Below, piece after piece: positions 60,058 through 64,000 of a stretch of 64,000 nt of DNA (the stretch's first letter is position 1; each line of letters starts with the position of its first letter). The translations under genes were made by a program, and so were the position numbers. The notes under the pieces were generated by a model. That model saw nothing but the letters and a program-made list of their open reading frames with translations, was not told the origin of the DNA and ran no database searches. Source of the DNA: Bdellovibrionales bacterium (lineage in GTDB: Bacteria; Bdellovibrionota; Bdellovibrionia; Bdellovibrionales; UBA1609); the NCBI GenBank assembly GCA_027317865.1, contig DAHVQG010000001.1, positions 295,925 to 359,924 of the forward strand, given 5' to 3'.

Positions 60058-61352
60058 TGGTCCGAAAAGCCAGTCTTCTGTCGCTTGCCGTGATTCTGGT
60101 GTTTATCGGTATTGTTGGCATTGGAGAGCATTATCTTTGGCATGCGATGATCAATTATCATTTCAAGCAGCTCAGCAGACAGGTCCAGACTATTTTGTAC
60201 AACGAGATATCGCAGGGAAATCTATTCGAAATTAGTGCTGATCTCGACAAACTGCGTATGTCAGGGCTAGTGGAAAACGTCGCGCTCACTCAGATGTCGG
60301 CAACTGCAAATTGGCTGTACGTTTCTAATTCAAAAATTGTGCGACTGGTGGACGGACGCAAGGCTGCAATCCGTCGTTGTTCAACTGGTAGAGTTGAGAT
60401 GAATTTCACTAACAATGACACCGCGCTGGTTACTTTTTTAATTGGTTCAAAGGGACTTGGTGAAAATGCTTGTATTGTCGTTCAGTCAAAGATTCCAGGC
60501 GAACTTACCGGACTTAGAGATAAAGTGAATTTCGTTATTATCCTGATTGTATCGCTTTCGATTGTGTTATTTGTCCTTGCAATTATCCGTATGACTCACG
60601 ATCAATTTCGCTACGAAAAAATTGCGAATGAAAAATTAAAAGAAACTGCAGAAAAGTTAAATGCCTTTGCACAGCAGGTATCGCATGACATTCGATCGCC
60701 GCTGTCAGCGCTTAATACAGTAATCGGAACGCTCGATTTGACTACCATTTCTCAAGACAAGCAAAACCTAGTCAAAAACGCCACGAAAAGAATTAATGAT
60801 ATTGCAAGCGACTTATTAAACCAGGGTAGGCGAATGTTGAACGAAAATACGAAATCAGTCGTTGATGATGCTGCAATTTCTGAACCTGGGGCTGTCGATC
60901 TTCTGCCTTGCATATATGAAATTGTGAGCGAAAAGAAAGCTCAACTTAGACCGAACATTACGCTGAAATCAGAAATCGCGCCAAACTGCCATGACGTAAA
61001 GGTTGCATTAGACCGATCAGTCTTACTAAGAGTATTTTCAAATCTAATCAATAATTCGATCGAAGCCATTCCGGCTGCCGGCAGCATCACGATTTACGCA
61101 AGAAAACAAAATGGTCTCGTCTCTATTTCAATTTCGGACACAGGCGTTGGGATCCCTCAGAAGATAATTGACGCCGTCGGTACTGTTGGTGTTTCGCACG
61201 GCAAAACAGGCGGTGCAAGTGGGTTTGGGCTTGGACTTTCGTTCGCAAAGCAAGCAATTGGAGCCGCGAGCGGTAGAATAACAATTCAGTCTCGGGTTGG
61301 AACGGGCACAATTGTTAACATCGTTTTACCTATAGCAGACCAGCAAACGTAA
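60054..61352 (+). CDS. Membrane sensor histidine kinase
   Basis: Two TMs around a periplasmic domain, QVSHDIRSPL, NLINNSIEA, DTGVGI, GFGLGL. Confidence 0.92.
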   Translation: MMVRKASLLSLAVILVFIGIVGIGEHYLWHAMINYHFKQLSRQVQTILYNEISQGNLFEISADLDKLRMSGLVENVALTQMSATANWLYVSNSKIVRLVDGRKAAIRRCSTGRVEMNFTNNDTALVTFLIGSKGLGENACIVVQSKIPGELTGLRDKVNFVIILIVSLSIVLFVLAIIRMTHDQFRYEKIANEKLKETAEKLNAFAQQVSHDIRSPLSALNTVIGTLDLTTISQDKQNLVKNATKRINDIASDLLNQGRRMLNENTKSVVDDAAISEPGAVDLLPCIYEIVSEKKAQLRPNITLKSEIAPNCHDVKVALDRSVLLRVFSNLINNSIEAIPAAGSITIYARKQNGLVSISISDTGVGIPQKIIDAVGTVGVSHGKTGGASGFGLGLSFAKQAIGAASGRITIQSRVGTGTIVNIVLPIADQQT

Positions 61353-61403
61353 GTTCGGATATTGGTCCGAGTGGCGTCCCCAGGTCGCTGCATTTCTAAT
61401 AAT

Positions 61404-61537
61404 TTGTTCCCGTGAAGCGGCCGAGTTAAACTCATGAAAGCAATTATATTTTCCGTCACGGCAAGATTGTTCCCGCATGTTAATATGGATTGTTCCCGCG
61501 TGTTGCCAGCACGAATTGTTCCCGGTTTTTGTTCCCG
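61404..61537 (+). repeat. Five direct copies of TTGTTCCCG
   Basis: Copies start at 61404, 61467, 61490, 61516 and 61529 in an intergenic region. Confidence 0.85.
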
Positions 61538-61561
61538 CAAATAACGAAAGAGGTGAATTAT

Positions 61562-61747
61562 ATGGAAAGATTAATCGAAGCTCTCGTCACACTTGCAGTC
61601 GCCTCTCTTGTTTTAGCAGGTGGCCACTATACGCTTGAACATATTGAAATAAACGTCAAGCGTATGGCACTTCAAAAGGCCGCAACACCGATGAATAGCC
61701 TTGAACATGCCGCTCAAATTATGACCGGGAGCAAGCTCGACTATTAA
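61562..61747 (+). CDS. Small membrane-anchored hypothetical protein
   Basis: GAGGTG RBS; N-terminal hydrophobic helix. Confidence 0.55.
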   Translation: MERLIEALVTLAVASLVLAGGHYTLEHIEINVKRMALQKAATPMNSLEHAAQIMTGSKLDY

Positions 61748-61811
61748 AAAATAAATTGGATGGTCCATAGGTTGGTAAAAAAGGCATCTTAACTAAGCGA
61801 GAAAAATAACC

Positions 61812-62174
61812 ATGGGCATTTTTAAAGAATTACGAATCGAAGAAGATGAGAAACTAATTAACGAGATCCGAGCCTTTCGCGCGGTTCTCGTGATCTTTGA
61901 ATCAGACGACAATCTTAAGCTAAAAGCATTACCGTTTATAAATTTTGAAAAGCAAACGATCGACTGGGACTCGATGGAGAAGAACAATACCTTTAGCGCG
62001 AATCAATGGGCCGCAGTCTTTTGGGCTAAAGCCATTTGGCATAATTATGCCTTAACAGTTCGCGATCCGTTCGATGCCGCTCACGAGATGAGACAATCAA
62101 CACAAAACGCCGTACTTAGGGCGCTCGCCATTCGGTGGGGGCTATATGAAAACTATTTTCGCGAGGCGGTCTAA
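61812..62174 (+). CDS. Hypothetical protein
   Basis: 120-aa ORF co-oriented with and upstream of the resolvase. Confidence 0.6.
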   Translation: MGIFKELRIEEDEKLINEIRAFRAVLVIFESDDNLKLKALPFINFEKQTIDWDSMEKNNTFSANQWAAVFWAKAIWHNYALTVRDPFDAAHEMRQSTQNAVLRALAIRWGLYENYFREAV

Positions 62175-62248
62175 ATGAGCGACTACAAAGACGATTCAAT
62201 GGATTTGAAAGACGGCATGAAAACCGATAAGATAAGGGCTGGTCGTAA

Positions 62249-62938
62249 ATGAGTAACCGAAAGGTTTGTCTTTACGCGAGAGTGAGTACCGATCAGCAGT
62301 CCACCGGACTTGAGGCTCAGATAAGAGCCCTGAAGGAGTATTGCAGACTGAACAACATTACCGACTACGAGCTATTTACCGACGAGGGCATTAGCGGCAC
62401 GAAAAATAGCCGCCCAGCCCTTGACCGGATGATGGCTGAGGTGCGAACGGGCAATGTTGAGACAGTCGTTGTTTATTCATTCTCAAGGTTTGCAAGAAGC
62501 ACAACACACCTTCTTGCCGGTCTTGAAAATATGAAGAAAAACAACACGAACTTCTCGTCCTTGACTGAACGAATCGATACGAACTCGCCCATTGGAAAAG
62601 CCGTGTTTGTGATTATTTCGGCAATCGCACAGTTAGAGCGCGATTTGATAGCCGAGAGAGTTCGTAACGGACTTGCCAATGCTCGCGCGAAGGGCAAATT
62701 GATAGGGAGAAAGAAGCTAAGAGATTCTGATTTAATAAGAAAGCTTCTAAAAAGTGGATTAAGCTACCGTGCTTGCGCAGTCATTGCCAAATGTTCGCAC
62801 GGAAGTATCCACCAGGAGAAGCTCGCTATGAAGCGTGACGAAGCGAAAGCAAAAGAACTCGCCGAACAGCAAGCTGCCGAAGCCCAAAGATTAAATCAAG
62901 CCCTCGAAGCGACGCAGTTTCCGGCACCGGCTGTGTAA
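62249..62938 (+). CDS. Serine recombinase (resolvase/invertase family)
   Basis: YARVSTDQQ, DEGISG, RPAL, SRFARS, AQLERDLIAER, GKLIGR. Confidence 0.93.
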   Translation: MSNRKVCLYARVSTDQQSTGLEAQIRALKEYCRLNNITDYELFTDEGISGTKNSRPALDRMMAEVRTGNVETVVVYSFSRFARSTTHLLAGLENMKKNNTNFSSLTERIDTNSPIGKAVFVIISAIAQLERDLIAERVRNGLANARAKGKLIGRKKLRDSDLIRKLLKSGLSYRACAVIAKCSHGSIHQEKLAMKRDEAKAKELAEQQAAEAQRLNQALEATQFPAPAV

Positions 62939-62950
62939 GAGAGCAAAAAT

Positions 62951-63202
62951 ATGAACTTCAAAAAAACTAAATATTTTGAAGAGCAGATTTTGCGAAAGCG
63001 TCCATATTTGAAAGAAGCTTGGATAATGAGTGTTTTGTCTCGACCAGCAAAAATTGAACCCCAAGATGACGGTCGCATTCGCCACTGGGGATTTGTTCAA
63101 GAAATTGGAAAGTATCTCAGAGTGGTGACTCTTGAAGATGGCGAAACGGTTCATAATGCTTTTCCCGATAGGGATTTTGATTCCTCAGGAGGTAAAAAAT
63201 GA
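62951..63202 (+). CDS. Putative toxin (DUF4258/BrnT-like)
   Basis: DGRIRHWG..YLRVVTLEDGETVHNAFPDR; overlaps the DUF2283 gene. Confidence 0.65.
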   Translation: MNFKKTKYFEEQILRKRPYLKEAWIMSVLSRPAKIEPQDDGRIRHWGFVQEIGKYLRVVTLEDGETVHNAFPDRDFDSSGGKK

Positions 63203-63414
63203 AGCTTCATTATTATGGCGACACAGATTCTCTCTATATAGAGCTTAGCGAAAAACCAAGTCACGAATCTAAAGAAGTGGCAAAGGGCTTAGTTGTAGAT
63301 TTTGATTCTGACGGGAAAGTGGTCGGCTTTGATATCGATCATGCATCAAAAAATCTCGATCTTGATAAACTTGAGACGGTTTCATTACCCACTAAATCAA
63401 CTAAACTTGGATGA
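63199..63414 (+). CDS. DUF2283-domain protein (putative antitoxin)
   Basis: YYGDTDSLYIEL, VVDFDSDGKVVGFDI. Confidence 0.85.
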   Translation: MKLHYYGDTDSLYIELSEKPSHESKEVAKGLVVDFDSDGKVVGFDIDHASKNLDLDKLETVSLPTKSTKLG

Positions 63415-63419
63415 ATAAA

Positions 63420-63533
63420 AAAAAGACCTTCGGAATGAAGCCGGTGGATCTGTCGCGTGTGCGGTCGATTCTGGAAGAAAACGAAAAACTGATTGAGGAG
63501 AAATGGAATGAGTTCAACAGCAGAAAAAAATGA
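63420..63533 (+). pseudogene. C-terminal remnant of a DUF4160-family gene
   Basis: Reads KKTFGMKPVDLSRVRSILEENEKLIEEKWNEF..*; lacks the N-terminal H.P.H.H half and overlaps the DUF2442 start. Confidence 0.55.
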
Positions 63534-63771
63534 GTATGATTTTAGGTTGATTAACGTCGAAGTCACGGACACTCAGTTGTGCGTGACCTTGGCCGATGGC
63601 CGCGAAGTGCATAATCCGCTGGAATTTTACCCTAAACTTGTCAAAGCAAGCAAAAAGGTCCGAAATAACTTTCGAATTTTGGCCCAGGGAATTGGTATTG
63701 AGTGGCCAGACTTAAATGAGCACTTATCCACTGAAGGTATAGTGCTCGGGCGACGTGCAATCGATTGGTAA
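63508..63771 (+). CDS. DUF2442-domain protein
   Basis: LADGREV..PLEFYPKL..AS, GIEWPDLNEHLSTEG; GAGGAG RBS. Confidence 0.88.
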   Translation: MSSTAEKNEYDFRLINVEVTDTQLCVTLADGREVHNPLEFYPKLVKASKKVRNNFRILAQGIGIEWPDLNEHLSTEGIVLGRRAIDW

Positions 63772-64000
63772 GCGTATAAAGAGCGAAGATGTGGGGTCTC
63801 AACTGAGGCCCCATTTTTTGTGCGCGTTTGTGGTCAACATACCTGGATTCTATTCACACCGCTACAGATTGCGAGCGTTAAATTCATTCAAATATATAAA
63901 ACTTAAAAGCCTGCGAACAATTTTTCACAGGCAGCCATGGAATTTAGTGGTTTTGATAACACACCTGCCAAACAAATTTTGATTTTCCTAAACGATTTAA

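Larger units (their letters stand above)
55880..64000. mobile_element. Probable accessory/mobile region (boundaries undefined)
   Basis: Recombinase remnants, resolvase, stacked TA modules, pseudogenes and iteron-like repeats. No att sites identified. Confidence 0.45.

Noticed and set aside
61404-61537. CRISPR array
   Set aside because: Repeats are 9 bp with irregular spacing and there are no cas genes.
62181-62195. FLAG-tag-like GACTACAAAGACGAT (DYKDD)
   Set aside because: Only 5 of 8 codons and no vector context; treated as coincidence.

Overview
Bacterial window with a roughly mid-range GC content (by eye). It is dense in secreted and outer-membrane proteins. The gene style (FecR-only proteins, OppA-like SBP/kinase pair, orphan secreted proteins) suggests a Bdellovibrionota/Deltaproteobacteria-like organism, but that is an inference. 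Left end (1-7.4 kb): a CheB-CheR-PAS hybrid kinase, a 3' tRNA-Thr(CGT) fragment that looks like an island att site, and an IS3-family element abutting a truncated IS481. Middle: two kumamolisin-type S53 proteases (one apparently sharing a split FN3 domain with a downstream lipoprotein); a stress cluster (HPF-CSD, Lon, CBS, CopA, PRT-DLH-erythromycin-esterase fusion); a complete glucose-family PTS operon; a Cyc2-like cytochrome-porin with a monoheme cytochrome c; a second CXXCH-barrel with YceI; selU-selD; RcnR-DmeF metal efflux; phosphoesterases; two Hsp20s; ABC-F. Right end (55.9-64 kb): a mobile-looking region with recombinase remnants, a serine resolvase and TA modules. It carries the best candidate for a new system, a tightly coupled four-gene operon encoding a signal-peptide precursor, a compact YcaO, a stand-alone peptide-binding protein and a sensor kinase, i.e. 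a possible RiPP-based signalling circuit. No CRISPR array, rRNA or intact tRNA was seen. All calls come from motif recognition without database searches.
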